DNA of 60,611 bases, the filler included, from Perkinsus olseni (taxonomy: Eukaryota), in NCBI GenBank assembly GCA_013115125.1. It is 7 parts of 7 records of this genome, joined end to end, with 100 filler letters (N's around TTAATTAATTAA, not from the genome) between each part and the next. Parts side by side here need not be neighbours in the genome. Positions count along the whole stretch, not along the records: positions 17,382 to 25,967 come from JABANN010000960.1; positions 26,068 to 34,647 come from JABANN010000961.1; positions 34,748 to 43,323 come from JABANN010000962.1; 4 more parts are not named here. The stretch is one strand, 5' to 3'. A program made the position numbers and the translations under genes. Under the pieces are notes generated by a model that was given only the letters and a program-made list of their open reading frames with translations, did no database searches and was not told the origin of the DNA. Shown piece after piece: positions 24,494-37,558 of the stretch; positions within the stretch are counted from its first letter, which is position 1; every line of letters begins with the position of its first letter.

Positions 24494-25390
24494 CTACCCT
24501 TTCCATGAATTCCTGCCGCTGGCCCTCGGAGGGTACTTGTACAGTAGTATATCATCCTCTTCTGACAACTTGAAGCGATGACGACGGAGTGAGGGCGATG
24601 ACGGCTCCCAGATAAATGAGAGCGCGACGAGAGAGAAGCTGCGCGATGACAGTCCCAGTGCGAGCCTCAGACGGTAAGGCTTGTTACAGATTGCGTAGCT
24701 GTAACAGAGGTGAAGTTGAGTTTTTTGTAGAGCTTCATGGCAACGTTTTTATCGGGATTCACAAAGAGGTATGCCGCGATTACTGTGGGCGACTTAACGC
24801 GTATCTTTGAAGGACCAAGCTTATTCATGTTGTAGTTTTATTCTTCCCGCTGGCGGCGTGCACTAGACGGCGAAGTGACACTCACATCATGGAGGGCTTT
24901 TGATAGCGTCGTCGTCCCTATCTTCTTATTTCGCATTTCCGGTACTACGTATACATTCGCGATATGAACGACGGTATCAGTAGATCTCTTTCCAGGCCTG
25001 ACTATCAAGAACTAAACTATATCGTAGAATAGTATTGGACCAGTCCTACACCTGTGACGAGATATAAAATGGAGGTACGTCTCACGGCCGGAACGTCTCA
25101 CGGCACCGCATCTTGGCGAATCTCCGCCGTAACTTACTCTCTCGCAAGCAGCACCCTGAGCCACCGCAACAAACATTTGGTCGATTTTGACCTTCGGCAG
25201 GACGCTTCCAGACATCATATCGCCGGGTTCCCAGAATCTGTACTCGACCTCGGAGGCAATGAGGCAGAGTACTTCCTCGATCGGACGGTCGTAAGGATAG
25301 CTTCCTTGATTGGCTTCCATTGCCATGCTTCCGATCACGCTATGAAGCCAATGGATCCAGACGAGTCTCGTCTGACGAGAATAATCATAC
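24494..25390 (-). CDS. GNAT N-acetyltransferase, copy 3 (start uncertain, possible 5' frameshift)
   Basis: VEYRFWEPGD; VHIANVYVVPEMRNKKIGTTTLSKAL; AYLFVNPDKNVAMKLYKKLNF; LYKYPP. Confidence 0.72.
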
Positions 25391-26489
25391 TCTATTGCAC
25401 AGAACAGCGAAAACTGGTAATACAACGTCAGTGTGCGAGGAGCCTCCAGAACCAATGGATTGGCCTTTCGGGCGTAACTTTCGTCTCGCGCTATATTCGC
25501 TCATTCTAGGCAAAATCGATCAACGTTATCAGAGTAATTAGACCCTCTAGCTTCTCTACGATTTCGCGGAGAGCGGCCTTTCCACCGTGACCAGTTGAAT
25601 ACTGGCCCCCACAGTAATCAAGTGGAAGGTGAAAACGCCAATTATCTGGGCGTGGCTGGTGGTGTTGATAACGTAACGTTGATAGCCAGAATGAAGACAT
25701 CGAGCCCGGGTCTGATGATCATGCTCCAGGACCGACCACGAGTCCCGCACAGTAGGTATACAACCGGCTCCGTCGGTCATTGGTGACAATACACAGAAAC
25801 TCTATTTGTAAAGTTTTCGCACCTAGAAGGCAGTTTAGAACGAACGTCTTTCCGCGACCCAATCGACACGTCCACCTCGCACGGGGTGGGGTCGATCTTC
25901 AAGCACCGCTCGGGAGTATCCGGAGGGTTGTATCCCGAGCGATGAAGCCAAATTGAAAACCAGCAGCNNNNNNNNNNNNNNNNNNNNNNNNNNNNNNNNN
26001 NNNNNNNNNNNTTAATTAATTAANNNNNNNNNNNNNNNNNNNNNNNNNNNNNNNNNNNNNNNNNNNNGAAAATTTTGGGCGGGAGAGAAGAAAAGTTTGG
26101 GCAAGACGGAAGGAAAAATTGGGCAAGCGGGAAGCAAACCGAGAAGCAAAGAAGAGATGGTGGTTTCGCTCACAAGGCGTCCGCTTGATGAGTTTCTTAT
26201 AATTTTGAGTAACCTCAACGAACGAATGACTTGTACCCTAACTTAGGGGTCCTAAGTCTCTTGCAGTACCGCGACAGCCGGACACACTTTTGTCGGGTCC
26301 GCTGTCGATTTTTTAAGCCCGCCCATTCCTCCCTCTCGACGAGGGTGGCCAGGCAGGAATTCCTACGCAACTTTCGCTTGGATGCGAGTGCAACACATGA
26401 GTATCGTAGAGTAGTGGTCGGACCGTTCCCACAGGACTTTTCCTCTACGATGAAAGGCGAGCTCGAAGCAAGGCCTTTACTCTATGCCG

Positions 26490-26877
26490 CAGACATGGTC
26501 GTGAACCCTCAGGGTTGTTCGGACTACCGAGGCGTTGCTAACATCGTCATGACGGCTGCTTCACCCAACGGCTCGGTCTCGCCCTTACTAATTTTATGAA
26601 TAGTTTTACCTGCGCTCCGGTCATCCAAGTACCGGGTTTTGGTTCTCTGTTTAACCTCGTGGGATCAACAATCGTAATGTTTTTGCAAATTCTTTTTCCG
26701 AGCTCATTTTTCCTGAGATTGTTATATCTTGGTTCGAAGAAAGGCATACCTCTGCCGTTTAGGTCAAACTTGCAATATAAGATTCATGTAACGGTAGTCA
26801 CATTATGTATTCTCCTAGGTCTCTTCGGGTTAGTCCTGGGGACCTATCAAGCGATCGATGCTTTGGCATCTCAGTAG
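26490..26877 (+). pseudogene. Internally deleted amino-acid transporter paralog
   Basis: Three segments matching the N-terminal (GCSDYRGVANIVMTA), middle (NFMNSFTCAPVI) and C-terminal (VPGFGSLFNLVGST) parts of the neighbouring transporter, joined by deletions. Confidence 0.85.
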
Positions 26878-27195
26878 TAGCGGGAAGGGGGTCCGTTAGG
26901 AGTCCCTTACTGTTTGGTCGTGGCTCAATCGATTTCGCGCCCGGCCAATTTCTGGGTAACCATGCTTCTCCCGATCGCTGCCTTGAGTTCATTGCTACAG
27001 CAAATAGCGCGGAGATCACAACACCGACGAAGGAACGGAGTTCTACCTTATCAATAGCTAAAAATGAGGATGCTGTGGTAGTGTTTGACTTCGCGGTGTA
27101 AGTTGTTTTCGGCCGAATGCTGCCTTTACGATGGATTCTAGTTTTTTTTCTCAAGAAAGTAATTTTAATTCTCAGTGTTCCATCATTATCATATT

Positions 27196-28494
27196 ATGAC
27201 ATTTCTTATTGATAACGACGACGACCTGCCAACCAAGTTTGTCATCAACAAAGATGGCTGTTCAACCCTGCGAGCCACAGCGAATCTGGTCATGACAGCA
27301 GTCGGCGTTGGCGTCCTCGCCTTGCCCAACGCTGTTGCCTTGGCAGGCTGGGTGGTCGGCCCCCTTCTGCTGCTTTTGGCCTGGATTTTGACGCATTTTA
27401 TGATGTGCTTGCTGTGGCGGTGTATGTACATGAATCCCGATGGCACGAGGTTCGAGTCCTACGAGGCGATCGGACGACGGTGCTTCGGCATTCCTGGTCA
27501 AGTTGCAGTGGCCGTCTGTCTGTACGGTGGAATCTTCTGTATCTGTTCTTTGATGATCATTCTCATGGGAGATACCATGACCAATCTCGTACCATCCCTG
27601 GGTCGAATCCCTTGGATTCTAATATTTGTAGGTGTTATCGCGCCCCTCTCCTGGTTGCCTAGTATGAGCCAGATCGGAGTCGTGTCGGCCATTGGCGTTG
27701 CTGCTACTATCCTGGCCACGATATTTGTCATCGTCGCGGGCGTTCGAGAGGCGGCAAGCGACGACACCCACGTCCACTCCCTGGTCCCTCACAGCGTCAG
27801 TGGACTTGGCCTGGCCTTCACCAATTTCATGAACAGTTTCACCTGCGCGCCGGTGATCCCCGAGCTCATCGACGAGATGAAAGACCCACGGAAGTTCCCC
27901 AAAGTGGCTATGTGGGCGTTTACTATTATCTCCGTTTTATTCGGTAGTATCGGTTTCGCCGGCTACGCTGGTTGGGGTGTCGATATGCTGGGCTATGGTT
28001 CCATCGTCGATGCGGTTGCAGCGTCGGCAGGGCCAGATGATGCTGTTAACTATGTTGTACAGATCGCGATCGCAGTCGTCTCAGCGGCCCATTTACTAGT
28101 CCTGTTCACGCCTTTGGGTCGAGGGGCGGAAGCCTACGCCGAAGTCCTTGCTAAGAGGAGTTTGCCAAGGATAATTCGACTTGCCTGCCGGACCTTGGTC
28201 CTCGCGGGTTGTACATGTCTTGCTATCTTCGTACCGGGCTTCGGCACTCTGTTCAATCTGGTTGGCTCGACTGTTGTTATGTTCCTGCAGATCATCTTCC
28301 CCGTCACTTTCTTCTTCTGGTTGTCTCATATTAGTGTTGCCAAGGGTAAAGGTAATGACAGTGGCTCCTTGGTACCATCACAAACGCTATCGCAAAGGTT
28401 CCTATTCTACGTATTACTACCAGCGTGTTTCTGCCTAGGATTGTTCGGGCTAATCCTAGGCACTTATCAGGGCATTGAACCCTTGGTTGAATAA
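27196..28494 (+). CDS. Amino-acid transporter, Aa_trans/AAAP family (intronless)
   Basis: NLVMTAVGVGVLALPNAVALAGW motif; about 11 hydrophobic segments; 432 aa from the first ATG. Confidence 0.95.
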   Translation: MTFLIDNDDDLPTKFVINKDGCSTLRATANLVMTAVGVGVLALPNAVALAGWVVGPLLLLLAWILTHFMMCLLWRCMYMNPDGTRFESYEAIGRRCFGIPGQVAVAVCLYGGIFCICSLMIILMGDTMTNLVPSLGRIPWILIFVGVIAPLSWLPSMSQIGVVSAIGVAATILATIFVIVAGVREAASDDTHVHSLVPHSVSGLGLAFTNFMNSFTCAPVIPELIDEMKDPRKFPKVAMWAFTIISVLFGSIGFAGYAGWGVDMLGYGSIVDAVAASAGPDDAVNYVVQIAIAVVSAAHLLVLFTPLGRGAEAYAEVLAKRSLPRIIRLACRTLVLAGCTCLAIFVPGFGTLFNLVGSTVVMFLQIIFPVTFFFWLSHISVAKGKGNDSGSLVPSQTLSQRFLFYVLLPACFCLGLFGLILGTYQGIEPLVE

Positions 28495-29659
28495 AGGTTG
28501 TTATTAATACTACTATCTCTTCGTCTACCCATTTCTGGCTATGTAGTTGCCATGAGGAGTTTAGTTTACCAGTGTTATAATCATCATGGGTAACATCTCT
28601 GGCCAGGATTGCCTCCTTTGGCCGCAGGCCGATGATACGGGTTTGCTCAGATTTTATGTGATAGTCGTGGTGACTTATGATTTTTGTGATCGTATTGAGA
28701 GCCTTTCAGTGTGCTGTTGGGCATAGTAACGTTCGGTATCGTCGAGTTGGTTGTGGGGGTGGTGCGGGAGTGTGCCGTGGTTGTGTTAGCTCACTAATGG
28801 ACACGTCACCGGGACATCGACAGACAGAAGACAAGTCGCCGCAAGAGGATGAGGGAGAGGTAGTGCTGCTGCTGGTCAGCTCAACTGGGATCGGGGGTGG
28901 GGTGACTTCTGCGGGGTTTGCTGTTCTCACCAAACTTCTCGCTGACTCCTTTGAGGAAGAGCTGCTGGGTTGAACTCGATGGGGCCCTGCTTGTCCTCTT
29001 GACGAGATATCTATCTTTGGCCTGGTACAGCGTCGTTTTCCGGCGTAGTCCAATTGCGGTTGGTGGATTTTGCGCGATCTCTGTCTCATGCGGCTTCCGG
29101 TGGACACACGCGGATGCTACTGAGGCGAGAGAGCAGCTTCCTTGTATTCTCATCAATTCGTCTTTCGGTCGAGCATTTGTAGTTAAAGGGAGATTCGCCT
29201 CAAAATTTCTTCCGGCAGACTCACCGTGTGTGACTGAAGGGTTCAAGAAGGAGCGCTTGGAGGGCTCGAGTGGAAGTGGTGTAGTTCGCGAGCCTCGTCC
29301 ACCTCCGGAAGTGTATAGTCACAATTGACGCAACTGATGGCCATATTTGAAGGAATCTTAGGTCGATAAGGGCCGAAAGTAGATCGATGATGGAATACTC
29401 TCTCCGCTGTCCCCGAAGACTCGAAGAAGGTTTTCATTTAGATCTCCTGTCTATAACTGTTTTTACCTGAGCTTCCGTACGTAAGCTTCTTCTTCTAAGG
29501 AAGATATTTCCGTGGACTTTTTTTCAAACGTTTTGGTTTTTTTTCATGTTTTTGCGTATGGATGGATATTTTCTTCATTTTCGTGGGGCGTGGTTGCACA
29601 TTTCTCAACTCAAAGACGTCGGGTCGATTTCCTAAGTATATGCAGTGATCTGTATTCAG

Positions 29660-32600
29660 GCGGGAGCGTCGGACCAGCCAGGAGATATTGAGCTGGGAGA
29701 AATCAATTCCGAGACTGTGGCGACGCCACAGCGGCCCTCGGTAATAAGGAGGGAAGGGCATCATGTGTATGACAACGTAATGCGAGACGAGGTGAGCGGA
29801 GATGAGGAAAACCCTCTACGTTTAAATTACGACCTGCGTCTGTTTTGCCGCTGCGGGTCGCCCAGTCTTGCGCGCAGAAAGCTTCCGTACTGAATATTTT
29901 TTGATTGAAAATAATTTTTTCGGCTTACCAGTACAGCAAGTACTATGGATATGTCGTCTTAGTATCAATGTTGTTCGTAGTGACGGAAATGATTCCCATT
30001 TTTCGTGGGAAAACTGAGCGTCGGTGGAAATGCGATACACTGGGCGACATCGTTCGTGAAGAATTCGGGTTATAATGATTATCTTGCATTTCGTGGGTTC
30101 TCATGATTCTTTTGAAACTTCAGCTGTTTCAGTTAGTGGGGATCAGATCGCATGCGTCGTTTTGTGTTCAGAAGCGGGGTACGGAAGAGTCCGACGGTCC
30201 GGAGGTATCGACCCCCTCACCACAGGAAGGGGAGCAGACCCTGTTCGAACGAGTGTAATAATCTACTCACGTTTGTGGTCCCTCAATAGTTCAGCTATGC
30301 CACGCGGGTTTTTGAGAAATGGAAATTCTGAAGTTTTGGTTGATGCCATCATCTTCATGTGTTGTAGTCAAAGCAAGAGAAACGTGAACAGAACTGCGCC
30401 GGTGGATTGGGAAGTGTTTTCCGCATTTTGGCACTGTTGGACTTGTTACCATTACGGCCTTTGCAACTGCGCTGAGTCAACATTGCGACGGGGTTGTTGC
30501 GGAAGTTTTTTATTGTGATTGGTACGCTAGGCCTCGTAGAGTAGTCCAGTTCTATGGGAATAAAAACGCATTCTGCCGGGATAGAACCGGGGTCTTTTTG
30601 TTAGATACAATTTGCTCAATTTCGCAATAGGCCGAGGAAGCCCAACCACTCCGCCAGAAGGGAGTCAGCAGGAGGAGGCAAGTACTGATACAGACGATGA
30701 TGACGAAGAAGAAGAGGAGGGCGATGAGAATGAGCAGGTAGTAAGTGATGGGAATCGTTCGAAATGTGGTACTGATTTTCGAAGCTGCATTCATTTCGGG
30801 CTCTCACTATCGTTGTGTTTCGCGTGAAATCAACGGCGTTGTCTGAGGAAAATTATGATTTTCTGCTCTCGTCACTTACTGTCTTTTCCGGAAAATTGTG
30901 GCTTTCTCCCAAAGGAAATTATTTTATTCTGCATCCCCAGTCTTCGCAGATGAGTCTGAGTTCGAGATTCGCTACCGAGGGAAGAAGCCGTTTTCTATTT
31001 TGACAATTCTCGTCGTTCTTGATAGGCGGATCCAAACCGTGTGGTGAAAGGCGGTGGTTGGGGACAAGGCTCGAGTGCGGTCGTCAGTAAACAACAAGGA
31101 GTAGTAGGGGCTGTTTTCGCCCTGGTAAAATCGTTCATTGGGATTGGTAATAAATGGGTGAAGGATGGGCGACTGTTTATGTCTGTTGGAATTGATCTTC
31201 GATCGAAGACCATTTTTTATATATGCTCGACGCGTGTAAAGATTCTGGTTAATATTTTGGGTGCGTTCGTTTGCGATTTGTCAAGAAATTTCGAACTGAC
31301 GTTGTGCGTCCCGGATGTGTGGGTATTGAGAGCACGTTCAGGTGTATTGTCGTTGCCGTTCGCCATGATGAAAGGAGGGTATGTGGGCGGTCCTGTGGGA
31401 CTGGCCATAATAGCGATCATCGCTCATCATTGTATGCAGCTCCTCTTGGAGACTAGTCGACTGGTAAGCGGAAGGTCCTGGGTTCGATACCTGGCGTCGT
31501 CTTTTGAACTAGATCATGTTAAGCGTGTGAATATCTTGCTACTCGCGAGAACGCTCAGCCCCGATGTATTACATAAACTTACCTGTCGGCGAGTACTACA
31601 TTTTTCGTGAATCGTCCTGAAATCGAATTTCGATGGTGTTCTTCAGTCAGTACGATATGAGGCAGACTTGGATTTCATGCCTGTCGCTGTAATGGTTCAC
31701 GTATCACCAAGTCCATACCATAAAAATCGCAACTTTTGGGGTAGCCATCGCTGAATGGATGACTATCACACTAGTATTCTTCAATTTCCCCCACCCGCTT
31801 TTGTACCTCTGTCGAGGCCTCGGTGTCTTTGCAGGTTGCAGTTGCACAGGAGTCTTCCGCTGGAGGAAAAACGACCGCACCGCAAAGGCTGTCATTTGGT
31901 ATGCTTGGAAAATACGTAAGGCCTGTTGATGCCGGTGTTTGCCAATTTTGCATCGCTCCGCTGTTTTTTTCGGCAGGTTATTGGACGATGGGGTAAAGTG
32001 GTCGTCGATTACTCACTGTTGGCGTCACAGATGGGATTCTGCGTGGCTTATATAATTTTCATCGCCGCCAATTTGTCTGATGTCATCAAACATGAAACGG
32101 GCAGTGGCTTTGTATCACAACGAGCAGTAGCCGTATGTGAGCTTGACGGGGCGCTGGGAGGTGGCCTGAATTTTGCGGTCTGTTGAGAGAAGCGATGGTC
32201 GATTTTTCTCGCGGTTTTCAGAAGAAGAAATTTTGATCGTGCTTAGAATTTTGCATTGTTTTCGTTTTTGTGGAGAAAATTCTGTTGGTTTTTTTACGAG
32301 GAGGTGGATGAAAGTGGGAATCGTAAAAAACGGTGGTAACGGTGAATATTTTCGAAGAGTTTGTTGGCTGCTGGTGATCAACTAAAGGATGCTGGTTTCC
32401 TGCGCTTCTGCGATGTTTTTTCTTGGGTAAAAACGTCCTGTTTGAGTCAGGTTGCGTGCTGTTGTTGATACCGATAGCGTGGCTGAGGAATCTGAAGGCA
32501 TTGAAGATTCCAACACTGATGGCGAACTTAGCGCTTATCGTAAGTTCCCTTCCCGACAGGGGGACGATATTTTTCACTGCGCCGCGAAATTTCCTCTTTT

Positions 32601-34086
32601 TTCGTTCTCTTCAGGCTGGAATCTTGTGGGTGTTTTACTGCGCAGTTGCCCACTTGCCCTTCGCCGACTTCACAAAACTACACGCCGTCAACTTGCCAGA
32701 GTAAGCGATTCGGTTGCTCTTCACATGTGGGTAAAAACTTCCCGGAACGGAATTTTTCACTCGTTTTTACTCTTGCCTCAATGACCTTCATAGGGATGTG
32801 GTAATGTTCAGTGCGCCACGAAATTGCCTTTTTCAGGTACCCCGTATTTTTCGGCCTGGCGGTTTTCTCGTTCGAAGGCATTGGATTGGTACTCCCAATA
32901 CAGCAGAGCATGAAGGAGCCTGATAAACTACCGCATCTTCTCAAGATCATCATGATTTGTATCACCAGTAAGCGCGGGAATCTTGAAATCTTGCTCTCTC
33001 TTGCATTTTTCAGGTGGTTTTATCATATTTGGCGTTACCTGTTATATATCCTATGGCCCCGATACCAAGTCCATGATCACTTTCAATCTTCCTGTGCATA
33101 AACTAACTTCTGTAAGTTTCCGGAATTTTCCGTTTTTTTCGGAAAATTTTTGCGAAATACGGGAATTTTGTCGACACCGCGATATGCAGCGAGCTAATTT
33201 AATGATTTGCAGTGAGTGATTCGATCCGTTATCATTGCGAGAAAAGAGAGTAAACGCAAAGTTCGCGGAACTTTTGTTTAAGGCTGACATTTTTTTCTCG
33301 CGATTTCTAGTAAAATTGAGAAAATTTCCTGGTTAGAGTTTCAAATTCTATTCTGGTTTTGTCGTTTTTTTTCAGTTTCTGCGATTGTTCTACTGTCTGG
33401 GTATCTTTTTTACATATCCGATTATGATGTTCCCGGTGTTCCAACTTGTCGAGCACAAATGGCAGCGGTTCTTCGCGGCCCAGGAGGAGGGAGGTCGACG
33501 CCATCAGATGGTCTTCCGAGCGTGTTTGGTAGTTGTCACTGGTCTTATAGCGTTGATGGGTATGAACGTGCCCAACTTCGGACTCTATTTGTCCCTTATT
33601 GGAAGTGTTTGCTGTAAGGGGAGGTCGTGGGTTCGATTCCTGGCGAGTGCATTCCTATACACTATGTAACGAGAGAGTAAAAGATGCGGAAATTGTCCAG
33701 ACTCGGGAACTCTAGCATCGGATAATCGCCAGTCTCACTGGCACATCTCAACTCAAAGGGCCCCTATCTCCCATCGGGTCTTGTTGAATTCGCTTTCGCA
33801 CAGATGCCAGCTACGGGAAGCGATTGCACGCCTCCGACTTGGAGGTGCACTTCATCAACAAGCATTCCCGTCCGCAGGTACACTACTGGCATTCATTCTG
33901 CCGGCCCTGTTCCACCTCAATCGACCCGGCAAGAGGATGGAAGATGACAAGGAGAGGATTCGTGCGGATCGCCTGGATAAGATCATCATCGCCTTCGGCG
34001 TCGTCGCAGGGCTGGTCAGCTTCTCCTTCACACTCAAAGGCTTCTTTACGGAAGAGCAAGAGGCCACAGCCAAGGCCGCCGCGTGA
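29660..34086 (+). CDS. Amino-acid transporter, SLC36/AVT3-like, multi-exon (start unresolved)
   Basis: Exons ALVKSFIGIG|VLSLPFAMMKGG, SQMGFCVAYIIFIAANL, FFGLAVFSFEGIGLVLPIQQSMKEP, LGIFFTYPIMMFP, LSLIGSVCC|TLLAFILPALFHL. Confidence 0.9.
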
Positions 34087-34577
34087 AAGATACGCCGCTG
34101 CTGCGCACAGGGAAGGTTTTTTGATTCGCTGCTCTGTAGCTTGACTGTACCATTTCAGTGGAGTTTGTCCGCGAGATATTTGACGCTTGTGTTGATCTAT
34201 AAATTGGTGGCGAGTTTTCAGCGATAGTTTTGTGGCGCGTGAATGTTGTCATCAGCATCATCGATATCGACCGTGCCAGGATCGCTCGGACGAGGGTGTC
34301 TGTTGGTTCAGTGGAGGGGGCCTAAAGTAGCACAGCAGAAGTAAGCTCCTGCCATTACCAACACTTGCCCGGTCTGATCGCGTTTTTTGGCGTTGCGTGT
34401 TCCACGTTTTCGGATGGATCAGTCCGGTGAAAGTCGGAGTGGGATGAGAGTTACGAAGTTCGGATAGGGATGTTGTTATCTATTAGCTTCACTCACTTCC
34501 TCTTATTGGATGGAAACTGAGAGAGGCGCTTAACTCGTGTGAGATAATGACGGCGTGCAGCGGAAGAAATTACAGTC

Positions 34578-34578
34578 G

Positions 34579-34646
<68 letters not shown>

Positions 34647-34647
34647 G
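34578..34647. repeat. (GTT)n microsatellite at contig end
   Basis: Direct observation; also (ATT)n 34748-34820 and (GTT)n 43252-43323 at contig ends. Confidence 0.95.
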
Positions 34648-34747
34648 NNNNNNNNNNNNNNNNNNNNNNNNNNNNNNNNNNNNNNNNNNNNTTAATTAAT
34701 TAANNNNNNNNNNNNNNNNNNNNNNNNNNNNNNNNNNNNNNNNNNNN

Positions 34748-34821
<74 letters not shown>

Positions 34822-34835
34822 AGAGCTCTATTCAG

Positions 34836-37440
34836 GATAACTTCGATCAATTTGATGAGGATGCAATCGGTGATGTTGTACGAGCATTCCTGTCGATGCG
34901 TTATGGAAACGAACAATTCTTTGAAGTCCTGGGTAATGATCTTCACCCTGTCATCATTATCCATCATCATCATAATACTAATTATATATCAGGTCGTGAG
35001 CTGCCCCACAGGATACATGAATATCGATGGTGGAATCTCGTCGATATCGCTGAACTGTAATAATAATCATAGTGACGACGACCATGGTAGCATTACTGAC
35101 GTAGATACATGAAGTTGAAATGGCCAGCTGAAAAGGATCCTGATATGATATTAAGGTTTGGAAATGAAGTATGGAAATATCATAGAGTCATGAATGGCAA
35201 GTAATAATAATACTACAGACGTCGATTAGAGTATACTAGTAATAGTAGTGCTGCTCATTACTCATCTTGTTGATTATGATGAGTATTACAATAATCAGGT
35301 ATGTTGTTCGAGCACTACGTGTACTAGCCTATCTCGAGACGTCGGACAGGAGTAGTCCATCATCATCATCATCACTGCTATCATAATACTTATTCCGTTC
35401 AGGGACATTCCGTTCCCTTATACGCCGTATACCGCATCATATAATCAATTTATCACCAACATTACTTGCACAAACAATAACAGCAGCAGCTATAGTTGGC
35501 CATAATCCAACCAAAGTACGAGTCTTCTTACCCACAACAACAGTAGTGATGGTGAGCTCTTGATGAGCTTCTCCTCGTAGATGTACTGTAGAGTAAGAGG
35601 GTCGGTATTATATCAAAGATTGTGTAGGAGACTGAGTAGGAAAGTACATGAAGTTGGACCGCATGACTTGGCTCAAGCAGTGTACTCTCTTATGATGGTA
35701 GTAATAACAGCCCTATCTACTCTCTAGTAATAATCATGATCATCAGGTTGGCTCTCGGCAAGAGTACTTCTTCGAACAGATAGTACTGTGTATTATGGAT
35801 GATCCATTACGATTTCATCTTCAACAATTGGCAGCATTTGCTCGTGCATTCAAGTAGTAGTCGCTAATTAACAACAACAGAACTTGACCACCACCACCAG
35901 CATCATCATCATCATCATCATTATTATTTTGCCTTCTATCCTTTAGGACACTCAATTTCGTACCGAGTGTTGATATATTATCTTTATTTGCTGATAAAAC
36001 CCAGCTTCGGGGATGTTCAATTGACGCTCTTGCCACTGTTGCTGCTCTAGGTGAGCCACATCATCATCATTAGGATTATCATTGTCCATCATTCAACTCA
36101 TAGGTCTCGGTGACCTACAGAATGCGGCCTTGGATATACTCACAAGTGGGGTTGATGATAACATATATACGAACCCGGAAGGCTGGTATGATGATGATGC
36201 CTCGTCTGCTGCTGCTGCTATTAAGGAATGCAGTTGTGATGATATTATGTTGATACTAAGAGGAGTACGTAATAATGAAGAACAGGTAAGAGTAGTAATG
36301 CTACGCCTCTTCCGCCATCATGTACTTTATCATCATCAGGTTCATAGAGTTCGCGTAGCACTCGAAAGGTATTGGTTACCACTGCATTATGACACTATCA
36401 CTGCTGAAGAGTTCTCATGGTTGATATGGGATATGGCCAGTATAACATCATCAAATAATAGTATGAAGAACATACCAACAAGTGGTATAGTAGATGGTGT
36501 TGATGTTGATGATGTTACTACACACACTCGTACAACGGCGGGAACGGTGGTGAAGGATAACAACAAGGCAGATATATTACTTGAATCACTTCTGAATCGC
36601 GTGATTGATGACTTAACAACTGAGCAATGCATACGTGTATTAGCGGCTATGATATGGTTACAAGTAGTTAGAAGAAGAGGAGAAGGAGAAGGAGAACGCT
36701 ATTGGCAAAAACTATTGCCGAGGATTACACACAGTTTATTGCCTAATCAGAATCAGTCGACATCGCGAACGTTAATTCTAATACTAAGTGTATATCTCAG
36801 GCTTCTACCTTTACATCAATTACCATCATCACATGGTCGTGTATCAAATGATGTTATAGAATTCTGTAAATGGGTTGATGACACTCAGGGATCATATTTT
36901 ATTGAAGATGATGTTGATGATAGTGTTGTACATTTAAATGATGATGATACTATCATCAATAGTGACTATACTCAATCATCATTTAACGGAATGGACTGGT
37001 CACCATCACCATCTGGGGCTATGCGCTTTTTAAGATGTTATCCTTTCATTCTGCCTCTAGCTCTTGTTAATACTGCCATCATCGATATACAAAAGCTACA
37101 TCGAGCTAGATCATTCCCTCAAGTTCGTCGCATTCTACTATGTAACACATATCATCACAATGATGCTGAAGACATTGATAATAATAATAATGATGATAGT
37201 AACAGCAGGTCTTCATCATTCTCGTCTGGTATCTGTCTTATACCCCATACGATGGTTCCTCCTGATGTTAAGGGCCGTTTAACTTTGGAATGTCTTAGAC
37301 TATTACGATGGGATGTACGTATAATGAGTTCGGATCATGAAGCAAGAGATGCTACTGCTGTACAAGAGGCTCTTCAACAATACTCTACTGCTACTCCAGT
37401 GAACCCATCATCAAACGTTTCTGTTACATGCCGATCATAG
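34836..37440 (+). CDS. Helical-repeat (HPR/OPR/FASTK-like) protein with RAP-like C-terminus, 5' partial
   Basis: Spliced repeats such as LSPTLLAQTITAAA, VGPHDLAQAVYSLM, FHLQQLAAFARAF; C-terminal KGRLTLECLRLLRWDVRIM resembles the end of a RAP domain. Confidence 0.55.
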
Positions 37441-37558
37441 AGATGTTTCTGCAATATTCGAGCAGTGTACGTGAGAGGATGATGATGGTTAATGCTGCTC
37501 GCTAGCCTTAGCATTGAGGAAACTCAAGTGGGTGTAAGAGAGCAAGTGAAGCTGAAGA

